Shown: in pieces, positions 1-9,703 of the stretch
Numbering within the stretch: the stretch's first letter is position 1
How the letters are laid out: each line of letters begins with the position of its first letter
NCBI GenBank assembly: GCA_026396515.1
Contig: JAPLWQ010000003.1
Location: 26,204 to 90,203 of the forward strand
DNA: 64,000 nt
DNA from: Candidatus Magasanikiibacteriota bacterium
GTDB taxonomy: Bacteria; Patescibacteriota; Patescibacteriia; Magasanikbacterales; GWA2-37-8
Direction of reading: 5' to 3'
Made by a program: the position numbers and the translations under genes
Notes under the pieces: model-generated
What the model was told of the DNA's origin: nothing
Seen by the model: only the letters and a program-made list of their open reading frames with translations
Databases searched by the model: none

Positions 1-16
1 ACAGGTTGATGAATAT

Positions 17-3000
17 TTGCGGTTGATTCAGGATAAAAAGCTTAATGAGTTGGCGGGCCAGATGCAATCCCTGGATCGTTTATCTCAGGAAATGCGCCTG
101 ATCGGAGATGCTGACATTGCGACACAGGGCTTCCAAGACAGAATAGGTGAATGGAAGGCGCAAATGCGCGGGGTGTCGGAAAGTTTTAATCGGATCAAGG
201 AAGAAGTTAAAAAGGCGCTTGAGGAAGCGCCGGTTATACCTGAAGCGAAAGATACGGGAAAGAAAAATGAAGTGCTGGAAATATCCAAAGGAGATCTGCA
301 AAGCATAGTTGATTATTACTCGCAGGACTTGCTATCCGACAGACAGGAAGCTATTGGAGACGCTGATCTGGGCGTGCTGTCGCGGATTCTTAGCGGTGAA
401 AAATTATCAAGCGAAGAAAGAGAGCAGAAGGCGGTAAAAGATGTCTTGTTTAAACTTAGGCAGCATTTTCAAGTTGCCGAGTTATTATGGGACAGATCAG
501 ATAAAAAAAAGATATGGGGGCCGCGGCATGAGAAGCTAAAAAAATTGGAGCACATATTTTCGACGCGAGCTGAAAAAGTAAAAATTGTTGAGTTGCCGGA
601 GCCATCTGCGACAAGAGAGCCTTCACTTCCTGATGTTGTGCCAGAAAAAGACAGGGCAGAGAAGGGCGAATTAAAAACGATGCGCCCGCTAAAGACGGGT
701 GATGTTTTGGTAGAAAAAAACGGCAAAATTACCCATGAAGTAATGGAAGTGTACAACGCTGATGTGGGCGGGAAAAATTTTAAACAATATAAGGTGTTAA
801 CCAGAGCCAATAGTAAAGCCGCTGAGCAGGTGCTGTCAGAAAAAGATTTAGCCGGACTTAAAATAATACGGACTCCACGGCGGAAGGCGGATGCAGAACC
901 GTCGGCGAAATTGATCGTTGAACCGGTAGATGATAAAGCGGAAGCGGCCGGGGAGATGGAAATTAAAGTGGGGCAAAAGCTTAGGGTAAAAAGAACTTCA
1001 GGTGAAATGGAAGATGGGTGGGAGGTAGTTGTTATAACCGGCAATACAGCCAATGTCAGGAAAAAACTCGAAGGTACTAAGAAGGAAAAATTTATAATAA
1101 AAACAAATATCCCATTTGAATCACTTAGGGAGTGGAATGCGTCTGATGAAAAAATAAAAACGAAGAAGGACAAAAAAGGAAAGGAGAAGGCCGAGGGCGA
1201 AGAAAGTGAAGAAGGCGAAAAGAAGGAAAACAAAGAAGAGGTGGAAACAAATGAGAATATAAAGAAGGAGTTTGCTGAAAAGGCGGAGCTCATGATTGCT
1301 GAATATACTAAAAAAATTGAGTTAGTAAAGGATAAATATCCAAAGTTTTATGCCGAGTTTTTTCCGAATGTGAAGCGAATGGAAGAAACTTTGGTAAAAG
1401 AACTTCAGGAAGTTGAAGCTAAGATGCAGGGTGCGACCGGAGGAAAGAAAAAATCTTCCGGTAACAAGATGAGTATTAAAGGTTTTCTGTCGGAATCCGA
1501 GGGAATATTTGAATATCAAAAATTTGTAATGGAGACAGCGCTTCAGTGGCTTTTAACTGATCCGGAAGCTACACGCTGGATTGTAAAAGAAAGAGCGAGG
1601 GTGGCTCCGGAAGAACCGGTAACGCCGGGCGTTGAGCCGGCTGAGGTGCAACTGCCCACGGAATCTTTGCCGATGGCCGTAGAATCACCCGCGGCGCCCG
1701 CAGAAGAACCGGTAAAAAAATCGTGGTGGCAAAGGGCTAAAGAAAAAATTGGTTTTGTGGCCAACAAAGAAACCGGCAAAGTGGCGGCTGATGTGGCGTA
1801 TAAAACAGTGACTTCTGTATTCGGCGTGAAAACCGCCACTGACTTGGTTGGCGCGTTAGCGGGTGTATTTAAAAGTGAACTAGGTTTTGGCGACATTCAC
1901 AAGCATCGCGTTAGCGCCAGTGAGATGAAGGGAGAAAAAGCACTGATGAAAGAGTACCTGAAAGATGTTTTTGAGGGAGGAGAAAAAATTGAGGAAAAAA
2001 TGAATGCCTTGCGTGCGAATATTGAAAGTGCGACGCATATCGCAAAAAAAGACAGAGAGGCGCTGTTAAATAATTTGCAGCGTATTGCTTCAGAATATAC
2101 TTCGGCCACTGAAGAGGCCGCGAAAGAACGGGATAAAAAAGTGGAGTCGCTCCTTAAGATTTACATGAAAAACAAAGTTTCCGGCATGACTTTGGCTAAG
2201 GACTTGTTAAATACCGCGCTAACCGCCACTGGAATGTCCATGGTTCGCGGTGCGGTCTACGCGTCTATGTCTGTCGGTGAGCGCTTGTTGAAATCGGAAA
2301 GAGAATTTGAAATGAAAAAAGCCGGGCGCACCGGTGAAGAAGAGAAAGCGGCTGAATCAAAAGCCGGGTTTGTCTTAAAAGATTTGACAGTCAACGCGGC
2401 TGTGGAAACAGCCCGCAGTTTGGTGTTCATGGGCGCGAAAAAAGAAACCAAAGGGGCGGGCAGAGTTATTGATTTTATGCGGGCCGCAGGTACTGTAGCC
2501 CGAGGTTTTGGTATATATGGCTTGGCGCTCACCGACTCAATGTCGCCGGCTGAAACGCTTGAGGCGTTTATGAGCAAGGTTGGGGAGCAAGGAATAACCT
2601 GCACCATAAAAGATGATTTTATTGTAAATGCTGAACGGGCAATCCAGTTATACGCGCATCCGATTGACACGATTTCAAGCCGTTTTGGAGATAAGGCGCC
2701 AGCGGGTGAACACGCGGCCCTACCGTCCGAGACAGCAGGGCATGGAATGTCTCCGGAAATGGCTATTTTGCAAAAATATCATTTGGAATCAGTTGAAATG
2801 GATCCTGACCAATTGAATCAGGCGGTGATTAAACTTGGACAGCTTGAAAAATCCGGTGTTAGTTTAATGGCCTTGCAACAGTTGGCTGAAGGCGGCATTA
2901 CGCCGGAAGAAATGTCAGCTATGGATAATGTTTTGGCTCTGGCAAACGGACGACCGGAAGTAATGGCGGAATTTTCTCAGGCCATCATGGCCGGCCATTC

Positions 3001-4447
3001 GCCGCAGGAAATATTTGAATCAACGCAAGTCCATAAAGGAGATGGCCTTGAGAGAGTATTACAAAGACAATTAAAAATGAATCCGGAGGCTCTCGGCTTC
3101 AAAGGTGATCTGAATGACCAGCAAGCGATTCAGCGCTGGGCCGGCCACGAGGCAAGCGTGATCGCCCAAAAGCAGGGCTTGGCAGACAAATATTTTGTGT
3201 TTCATGAAGATCGTCCGCAATTTCTTGTGTTGCACAAAGATGGCAGTGTTGACGTGGGAGGCAGATTGTATCAGGAGATTCCCAAACCGCCTGCGGAATT
3301 GGCCGGGGAAACAACTGTTGAAACCGGAGACAAGGTTAATCCTGTGCAGGAGCTGATAGACGCGAAAACGGGACAGCCGGTTTATATGACCGACGCTGAA
3401 CGGTCGGAATATGACAGGTTGGTGCGCAATGAGGATTATGACAATGCCATGGCATACATGTTGCATGCCAAGGAGCATGGGCCGGTCTATGAATTGTCTG
3501 ATGGCCGTGAAATTCACCGTTCTGGTGTGACGGAATGGGTTGGCGGGAAGCCGGAGATAGTGGTTACCGGAGATGTTAGGATCGGGTTTACGGAGGATGA
3601 GACGGGGTTAAGGTCGAATACATTGAATGTAACTGAAAATACAAACCGGCTATATGAAAACTTTAGTGTTAATCTGGCGCATAATGGTATGGTACAGGAA
3701 GGTTTTACCCCGGCTTATGTTGATGAAGGTTGGGGTACAAGAGCGGATGAATGGGTTATGAAAAACGAATTGATCCGAGCGACACAATTTTATGAAGCGC
3801 TTAATCAGACCAGCGATCCCGCCGAACGCCAGGCTCTTTTAGATAGCTTACATAGATCGATTCTTGACGCCAGCGCTTCTGCCGGAGTACACCCGGACCA
3901 GATGTTTAATAAAGAATTTTTGGATAAGGTTCATTATGGCGAAGAGGCGCCTGTTAGGGGTTCAGACGCGTCAATCACGGAAACAGGGGAATCGCGCAGG
4001 GCCGCAACTTATGAAGAAATAGTTCGAAGAGCGCAAGAAGAAGTGGCGAGCACAGAGGAAACAGCGCCAAGCGGCCGTACAACCGCCGATGTTGAACAGT
4101 CGTCCGATGAAATGTTTGATGATTTAGACCGCACCACTACCGGTTTTAATAGATTTTTTGACAAGGGTGCTAATTTTCACGAGCGGATGACAGTTTTACG
4201 TGAAACGCTTAAGCCGGGTGAGCGCACATATTTCAATAATGTCGAATATCTTTATGATGGCGGTAAAGTTCATTACAAAATGGGCAGTATTGTCGGAATT
4301 TTGGATACTCCGCAGGAAGCCAACGCACTGGCTGATATGGATTATTTGTACAGGATGAAATCGATGGAAATGCAGAATAGCGACAGCGAGGCGGCTAAGG
4401 ATTTTACGCGGGCGATGGATGTATTGAGAGGCGGTTCGGACAGTTGA
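17..4447 (+). CDS. Giant K/E-rich hypothetical protein, 5'-partial (at least 1476 aa); highly charged N-terminal region, no recognised catalytic motif
   Basis: Uninterrupted ORF from the window edge to TGA at 4445-4447. Host-like codon usage. Low-complexity KKDKKGKEKAEGEESEEGEKKENKEE segment. Confidence 0.6.
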   Translation: MRLIQDKKLNELAGQMQSLDRLSQEMRLIGDADIATQGFQDRIGEWKAQMRGVSESFNRIKEEVKKALEEAPVIPEAKDTGKKNEVLEISKGDLQSIVDYYSQDLLSDRQEAIGDADLGVLSRILSGEKLSSEEREQKAVKDVLFKLRQHFQVAELLWDRSDKKKIWGPRHEKLKKLEHIFSTRAEKVKIVELPEPSATREPSLPDVVPEKDRAEKGELKTMRPLKTGDVLVEKNGKITHEVMEVYNADVGGKNFKQYKVLTRANSKAAEQVLSEKDLAGLKIIRTPRRKADAEPSAKLIVEPVDDKAEAAGEMEIKVGQKLRVKRTSGEMEDGWEVVVITGNTANVRKKLEGTKKEKFIIKTNIPFESLREWNASDEKIKTKKDKKGKEKAEGEESEEGEKKENKEEVETNENIKKEFAEKAELMIAEYTKKIELVKDKYPKFYAEFFPNVKRMEETLVKELQEVEAKMQGATGGKKKSSGNKMSIKGFLSESEGIFEYQKFVMETALQWLLTDPEATRWIVKERARVAPEEPVTPGVEPAEVQLPTESLPMAVESPAAPAEEPVKKSWWQRAKEKIGFVANKETGKVAADVAYKTVTSVFGVKTATDLVGALAGVFKSELGFGDIHKHRVSASEMKGEKALMKEYLKDVFEGGEKIEEKMNALRANIESATHIAKKDREALLNNLQRIASEYTSATEEAAKERDKKVESLLKIYMKNKVSGMTLAKDLLNTALTATGMSMVRGAVYASMSVGERLLKSEREFEMKKAGRTGEEEKAAESKAGFVLKDLTVNAAVETARSLVFMGAKKETKGAGRVIDFMRAAGTVARGFGIYGLALTDSMSPAETLEAFMSKVGEQGITCTIKDDFIVNAERAIQLYAHPIDTISSRFGDKAPAGEHAALPSETAGHGMSPEMAILQKYHLESVEMDPDQLNQAVIKLGQLEKSGVSLMALQQLAEGGITPEEMSAMDNVLALANGRPEVMAEFSQAIMAGHSPQEIFESTQVHKGDGLERVLQRQLKMNPEALGFKGDLNDQQAIQRWAGHEASVIAQKQGLADKYFVFHEDRPQFLVLHKDGSVDVGGRLYQEIPKPPAELAGETTVETGDKVNPVQELIDAKTGQPVYMTDAERSEYDRLVRNEDYDNAMAYMLHAKEHGPVYELSDGREIHRSGVTEWVGGKPEIVVTGDVRIGFTEDETGLRSNTLNVTENTNRLYENFSVNLAHNGMVQEGFTPAYVDEGWGTRADEWVMKNELIRATQFYEALNQTSDPAERQALLDSLHRSILDASASAGVHPDQMFNKEFLDKVHYGEEAPVRGSDASITETGESRRAATYEEIVRRAQEEVASTEETAPSGRTTADVEQSSDEMFDDLDRTTTGFNRFFDKGANFHERMTVLRETLKPGERTYFNNVEYLYDGGKVHYKMGSIVGILDTPQEANALADMDYLYRMKSMEMQNSDSEAAKDFTRAMDVLRGGSDS

Positions 4448-4527
4448 AATTCCTAGCGTGCGGAAGACGGTTGTAACATTTTACCGGCGTTAAGCATTAT
4501 ATTAATATATTCACTAATTAATCGCAT

Positions 4528-6588
4528 ATGCTTCAAAGAGAAGTCGGGACGAAAATCGGTTTCGCCATTTTAGCTGTGATTTTTGTTATTTGCGGCGGAA
4601 TTCTCGTTTTTGCCGCCACGCGCGGCGATCTTAAAGTAGTGCTGGAAAATTCCATTATTGGAAAAAAAATCGGCGCGGAAAAATTATCAGGCGTTGTAGC
4701 TGAAGTTAAGAAGTTCGCTTCAGCCGATGAATTTAAGAAATATCTTGCTGAGCACGCGCAACAATCCAATAATTACGGTTTTGGCATAGGCGGCGGTGAA
4801 ATGCGCACGATGGTGGCGCAAGATAGCGCCATGGGACTGGCTCAACCGGTAGGTATTGGTATGGCGGAGAAAGGTTCAGAAACGGCGACGGCGCCATCGG
4901 CCGGACGAGTTTCTGAAACCAATGTGCAGGTGGCCGGCATTGATGAGCCGGATATCGTAAAAACCGACGGCAAAGAAATTTATTTTTCACGGTTCGGCGG
5001 ATATTATCCGTATATGCGCGCCGTGCCGATGAATGGCGCAGCGGAAAAAATGATTGCCCCGCCATACTACAACCAGGGAGAAACAAAGTTGATCGCCGCT
5101 TTTCCGCCTGAATCAATGAAGGAAGATTCAAAGCTGGATAAGAGTGGCGACCTGTTGCTCGACGGCAATATTATGATGGTTTTCGCGAGTGACAATAAAA
5201 TATATGCTTATGATGTGAAGGACAAGGCCAACCCAAAAGAATTGTGGACCGCTAAACTTGGCGACCGCGAAAATTTAGTTGGCGCCCGCTTGATGAACAG
5301 TAAAATATATCTGACAACACAAAGCGGAGTTGATTACGGTAAGCCGTGCCCGATAGTGCCTTTAACCGTCGGCAAAGATGAGGTGAGCATCTCTTGTACT
5401 GATATTTATTATCCAACTTCAGCATCCGGCGCCGATGTTACCTATGATTTCGTAGTGATGGACACTTTGACCGGTGCGGTGGAGAAAAAAACGGCTTTTG
5501 TCGGTTCATCCGGACAAACCGTTTTTTATATGTCTGAAAATGCCATCTATTTGACCTTCCAAACGGAAGTTGATTCGGTAAAAGTAGCTTATGATTTCTT
5601 TTCCGAAAATAAGGATCTGGTGCCGGATTGGGTAATAGAACGCCTGAATAAAGTGAAAGGGTATGACTTAAGCATGAACGCGAAACAGACGGAATTGCAA
5701 TCCATATTACAGCAATATACCAACTCGTTGAATAATGACGACATGCTTAAAATGCAAAATGAAATGTCCAACCGGATGGACAAATTTTATCTGAATCATC
5801 GGCGTGATTTGGATATTACCGGCATAGTAAAAATTTCTTTGAACGACTTTAAAGCGATTGCCGGAGCGGTGCCGGGCCACCCTCTTAATCAATTCTCGCT
5901 TGATGAATACGACAAACATTTGCGCGTCGCCATGACTGTGGGTGATCGCTGGTGGGGAATGGGCGGATTCGGCGGTACGGGTAAAACAGTAAGCGATGTA
6001 TATGTGCTCGATAATGATTTGAATATCGTCGGGTCGGTTAAAGATCTTGGTGAAACCGAGCGTATATATTCCGTGCGCTTTTTAGCAGACCGCGGATATG
6101 TGGTTACTTTCAGGGAAACTGATCCGTTTTACGTATTAGATCTGGCAAATCCGAAAAATCCTTTATTGAGAGGCGAGCTAAAAATTCCGGGGTTTTCTTC
6201 CTACCTGCATCCGCTTGGGGCTCATAAAGTTTTGGGTATTGGCCGTGAAGACGGAAAGGTAAAGCTGTCAATTTTTGACGCCACTTCTCCGGAAAATCCG
6301 AAAGAGCTCTCAAAATATATCCTGAGTGAATACTGGTCCGAGGCCATTAATAACCACCATGCCTTTCTCTTGGATGAAAAACATAAAGTATTTTTCATTC
6401 CCGGCGGACAGGGCGGGTATGTGTTCGGGTATGACAAAGATGAGTTGACGCTTAAAAAAGCTGTTAGCGAATCACAGGTGCAAAGAGCGATATATCTGGA
6501 CGACTACATGTATCTGATTGGCAATGACAAGATTACGGTTTTGGACGAAAAGAGCTGGGAAAAAGTCAAAGAATTTGAGCTGAAGTAA
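4528..6588 (+). CDS. Membrane-anchored secreted beta-propeller domain protein (PF09826-like)
   Basis: N-terminal hydrophobic helix (IGFAILAVIFVICGGILVFAA). Segment NVQVAGIDEPDIVKTDGKEIYFS resembles the start of the bacterial/archaeal Beta_propel family. 686 aa. Confidence 0.55.
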   Translation: MLQREVGTKIGFAILAVIFVICGGILVFAATRGDLKVVLENSIIGKKIGAEKLSGVVAEVKKFASADEFKKYLAEHAQQSNNYGFGIGGGEMRTMVAQDSAMGLAQPVGIGMAEKGSETATAPSAGRVSETNVQVAGIDEPDIVKTDGKEIYFSRFGGYYPYMRAVPMNGAAEKMIAPPYYNQGETKLIAAFPPESMKEDSKLDKSGDLLLDGNIMMVFASDNKIYAYDVKDKANPKELWTAKLGDRENLVGARLMNSKIYLTTQSGVDYGKPCPIVPLTVGKDEVSISCTDIYYPTSASGADVTYDFVVMDTLTGAVEKKTAFVGSSGQTVFYMSENAIYLTFQTEVDSVKVAYDFFSENKDLVPDWVIERLNKVKGYDLSMNAKQTELQSILQQYTNSLNNDDMLKMQNEMSNRMDKFYLNHRRDLDITGIVKISLNDFKAIAGAVPGHPLNQFSLDEYDKHLRVAMTVGDRWWGMGGFGGTGKTVSDVYVLDNDLNIVGSVKDLGETERIYSVRFLADRGYVVTFRETDPFYVLDLANPKNPLLRGELKIPGFSSYLHPLGAHKVLGIGREDGKVKLSIFDATSPENPKELSKYILSEYWSEAINNHHAFLLDEKHKVFFIPGGQGGYVFGYDKDELTLKKAVSESQVQRAIYLDDYMYLIGNDKITVLDEKSWEKVKEFELK

Positions 6589-6617
6589 GCGTTGGTGTAA
6601 AAGAATGCTATAATATA

Positions 6618-6650
6618 AAGGAGCGCTCGCAGGCGTTCCTTTATCAGTTC
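6618..6650 (+). terminator. Hairpin (aaggagcgc/gcgttcctt) downstream of the beta-propeller gene
   Basis: Imperfect 9-bp inverted repeat seen in sequence; weak T-tract. Confidence 0.3.
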
Positions 6651-6679
6651 AAGATCCTGATAGAGGTGCTTGACAAAAT

Positions 6680-6712
6680 TTCAATAATTATATAGTATAT
6701 CGGCACTTATGT
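6680..6712 (+). promoter_or_regulatory. Sigma-70-like promoter (TTGACA, about 16-17 nt, TATAGT) for the zinc-ribbon ORF and rplY
   Basis: tgcTTGACAaaatttcaataattaTATAGTat immediately upstream of the ATG at 6709. Confidence 0.45.
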
Positions 6713-7047
6713 TTCCGGCAAAAAATGGTCGGCTATCCTGGCAGGAGGCCTTAAAATTCATCAATAAATGCCCGGTTTGCGGCGTTGAATACGTACCAGA
6801 GAAGGCAAGATTGTTCGCTCAAAACGAAAAAGCCAATCTGGTGCACATCTCGTGCAAATCATGCCACGGTAATTTTATCGCCATGGTTTTGGTCATGCAA
6901 GGCGGAATCAGTACTATTGGCATGGTGAGCGACCTGAATTTTGAAGATGCCAAGCGTTTACACGTTCTGCCGCCGGTTAATATCGACGAGCTAATTGAAG
7001 GAAGAAAGTATATCAATAACAATGATTTAATATTAAAGATTGTGTGA
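6709..7047 (+). CDS. Small Cys4 zinc-ribbon protein, hypothetical
   Basis: CPVCGVEY ... CKSCHG motifs; 112 aa; precedes rplY. Confidence 0.45.
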   Translation: MFPAKNGRLSWQEALKFINKCPVCGVEYVPEKARLFAQNEKANLVHISCKSCHGNFIAMVLVMQGGISTIGMVSDLNFEDAKRLHVLPPVNIDELIEGRKYINNNDLILKIV

Positions 7048-7048
7048 T

Positions 7049-7735
7049 ATGTATAAATTGTCTGCTACAAAACGGGAAATAAAAGGTGAAAAAGTCAGAC
7101 GAGAAGGACTTTTGCCCGCTGTTATTTACGGAGCCGGTGGAGAGACCGTATCGCTTACGCTTGCCTATTCCGAATTTGTAAAATTATATGATGAAGCCGG
7201 CGAGTCAAGTTTGATTGATTTGGCTGTGGAAAATAAAGATGCCGGCAAGGTGTTGATTCATGAAGTGCAATTTGATCCGGTGAAGGGTCAGCCGATACAT
7301 GTGGATTTACGCCGAATTGATATGAGTAAACCGATTACCGCGAACGTGGCATTGGTTTTTGTCGGTGAAGCCCCGGCCATTAAAGAGTTGGGCGGCACGT
7401 TAGTTAAAAATTTCGAGGAAGTGGAAGTGGAATGCTTGCCGAAAGATTTGGTAAATCATATTGATGTTGACTTGTCCGTGCTGGCCACATTTGATCTCTC
7501 AATCAAAGTGTCTGACTTGAAGATACCGTCAGGAATGACGATTATTGAACCGTCGACAGATGTTGTGGTGGTAAAAGCCCAGCCGGCCCTGACTGAAGAA
7601 CAGATTAAAGCAATGGAAGAAGAATCAAGCGCTGCTGTTGATGTTACCAAAATTGAATCGGCTGTTTCCAAGAAGGAAAAGGAAGGGGAAGAGGGGGAAG
7701 CTGCCGCTGCTCCGGCTGTTGAAGAAAAAAAATAA
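7049..7735 (+). CDS. rplY: 50S ribosomal protein L25 / general stress protein Ctc
   Basis: MYKLSATKREIKGEKVRREGLLPAVIYG...HVDLRRI matches the L25/Ctc N-domain. Long C-terminal charged tail typical of the Ctc form. Start could be the ATG at 7040 or 7049. Confidence 0.85.
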   Translation: MYKLSATKREIKGEKVRREGLLPAVIYGAGGETVSLTLAYSEFVKLYDEAGESSLIDLAVENKDAGKVLIHEVQFDPVKGQPIHVDLRRIDMSKPITANVALVFVGEAPAIKELGGTLVKNFEEVEVECLPKDLVNHIDVDLSVLATFDLSIKVSDLKIPSGMTIIEPSTDVVVVKAQPALTEEQIKAMEEESSAAVDVTKIESAVSKKEKEGEEGEAAAAPAVEEKK

Positions 7736-7749
7736 TATAAGCCAAAAAA

Positions 7750-7781
7750 CACGGGAATGTTGCTTTCCGTGTTTTTGTTTT
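7750..7781 (+). terminator. Rho-independent terminator after rplY
   Basis: cacgggaa-tgttgc-tttccgtg hairpin followed by tttttgtttt. Confidence 0.6.
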
Positions 7782-7802
7782 ATATGATATGATTATACAC
7801 AT

Positions 7803-8849
7803 ATGAAAAATCGCGATTTAATCCTGATGATTGCCGCCATTATCCTGTTTGCGGCGGTTATTTGTTTTGTTGTTTATATTATTTTTTTCAATGACCGCGG
7901 AGACAGCGGAAATTTTTCCGGCCAGGCCACATCAACCGCGAAAGAAAGCCCCTATAAAAGCCGTCTGACCGGACTGTCCGTGGAAAAAGAGGAATACGTA
8001 TCGCCTAAAATTATCGGTATAATGATTGATAATAATCCGGAGGCATATCCGCAATCCGGCCTAAACGAGGCTGCAGTTGTCTATGAGGCGCCGGTAGAAG
8101 GCGGTATCAGCCGTTTTTTGGCAATCTATCCTGAATATGCCAATGTGGAAAAGGTAGGACCGGTGCGCAGCGCTCGTCCCTATTATATTGATTGGATTCA
8201 AGAGTATGGCACCGCGTTATATATGCATTGCGGCGGGTCGCAAGAAGGATTAACCGAAATAAAAGTGAGGGGAATTTTCGACGCTAATGAATTTTTCCGC
8301 GGTTCATATTATTGGCGTGAAAATTTACGAAGCGCGCCATACAACCTTTATACAAGCAGTGAAAAATGGCAGAAATATTTTATTGACTACGGCGAAGCGC
8401 AAGAATATCCTGACTGGCAAATGTGGAATTTTGGAGAAATTTCAACAGCAACCGATACGGAAAATATTTCCTCTTTCGACATTGAATATATCAAAAGATT
8501 TGCTGTCGGTTGGCAATATATTTCTGCGTCAGGAACGTATCAGAGAAAATTAAATGGCGAGACATTTTTAGATGATAAAAATGTTCCTATTTCCGCCTCA
8601 AATATTATAGTGCAATTTGCTTCAGTTAGGGTGATCGATGAAATTGGCCGAAGAAAAATCACCTCCGTTGGTGAAGGTGAAGCCAGATTATTTCGCGATG
8701 GTTTGATGTTTAGGGGTGTTTGGAAAAAGGAAACCGAGTCGGGCAGAACAAGATTTTATACCAGAGAAGGCAAAGAAATGGTATTAACTCCCGGGCGCAC
8801 TTGGATAATGGTCGTGCCGGAAAAATCCGTGCTTAACGTTTCAAATTAA
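7803..8849 (+). CDS. DUF3048 (YerB-like) secreted/membrane-anchored protein
   Basis: N-terminal TM helix. IGIMIDNNPEAYPQSGLNEAAVVYEAPVEGGISRFLAIY resembles the DUF3048 N-domain. Confidence 0.5.
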   Translation: MKNRDLILMIAAIILFAAVICFVVYIIFFNDRGDSGNFSGQATSTAKESPYKSRLTGLSVEKEEYVSPKIIGIMIDNNPEAYPQSGLNEAAVVYEAPVEGGISRFLAIYPEYANVEKVGPVRSARPYYIDWIQEYGTALYMHCGGSQEGLTEIKVRGIFDANEFFRGSYYWRENLRSAPYNLYTSSEKWQKYFIDYGEAQEYPDWQMWNFGEISTATDTENISSFDIEYIKRFAVGWQYISASGTYQRKLNGETFLDDKNVPISASNIIVQFASVRVIDEIGRRKITSVGEGEARLFRDGLMFRGVWKKETESGRTRFYTREGKEMVLTPGRTWIMVVPEKSVLNVSN

Positions 8850-9703
8850 TTATTGACTTCGATATTAATTATACGGTCGCGTCCGGCCAAGTCCTTTTTT
8901 ATTTCAACGCTGGCTTGCGGAAAATATCCTTTTGCCAAGTCTGAAAAAGCAGTTGACTGGCGCGGGTCTATCTCGCAGAGTAATATCAATTTAACGTCAT
9001 TATTCGGTAAAGCAGCTATTTGCGTAAATAATTTTTCATAAAGCGTTAAGCCGTTTTTGGTGTCGGCGACCAGGGCGGTCTTTGGCTCGTGTTGGATACT
9101 CGGCTCACCGGCAAATTGTTCATTTGTAAGGTAGGGGAGATTAGCGGTGATGATAATTGATTCTATACCTTCGGTAATGTTTTTCCAACGCCTGATTAAT
9201 GGCGATAATAATGAGCCGCGCAGAAATTTTATATTTACGTCGCGAAGTTTGGAATTCTTTTTAGCGACGCGTAAAGCAGCGCGGGAAATGTCTATGGCGA
9301 ATGTTTCAGTGCCTTCACGTTTTAGTGTTTTTATAGCCGCAATCGGAACGCAACCGGAGCCTGCGCCGATATCAATCAATATAATAGTTCGACTTTTCTC
9401 TATTTTTTTTATAGTTTCTTCAACCAATAATTCTGTTTCCGGTCTGGGAATCAGAACATGCCGGTTAACAATAAAATTGAGACCAAAAAATTCTTTCTGT
9501 CCGGTTATATAGGCCAATGGCAGCCCTTCGCGTAATTGGCGTATTGCTTTTGATATTTTACAATATTGCCAAAATGTCAGTTTGTATTCAGGGTGAGCAA
9601 GTACAAATGCGCGATCTCGTCCGGTGGCGCATCCGATAATTATTTCAATTTCAGCGATTCTATCCGGCGGACTGGATTTTTTAATGTCGTCAATTCTTTT
9701 CAT
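8846..9703 (-). CDS. prmC: Release-factor glutamine N5-methyltransferase PrmC/HemK
   Basis: IDIGAGSGCV SAM motif. Catalytic tetrapeptide reads NLPY rather than the canonical NPPY. In the prfA operon. Confidence 0.8.
   Translation of the reverse strand: MKRIDDIKKSSPPDRIAEIEIIIGCATGRDRAFVLAHPEYKLTFWQYCKISKAIRQLREGLPLAYITGQKEFFGLNFIVNRHVLIPRPETELLVEETIKKIEKSRTIILIDIGAGSGCVPIAAIKTLKREGTETFAIDISRAALRVAKKNSKLRDVNIKFLRGSLLSPLIRRWKNITEGIESIIITANLPYLTNEQFAGEPSIQHEPKTALVADTKNGLTLYEKLFTQIAALPNNDVKLILLCEIDPRQSTAFSDLAKGYFPQASVEIKKDLAGRDRIINIEVNN

Noticed and set aside
469-1293. 274-aa antisense ORF, and many other minus-strand ORFs of 60-180 aa inside large + strand genes (for example 1543-1896, 20103-20384, 40308-40820)
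   Set aside because: Low-complexity Ser/Phe/Leu-rich translations entirely within well-supported genes on the other strand; these are shadow ORFs.
4445-4447. Possibility of an alternative genetic code (UGA=Gly, code 25) as in some CPR
   Set aside because: Multiple well-supported genes terminate at TGA exactly where homologues end (4445-4447, 57820-57822, 47616-47618), so UGA is a stop here.
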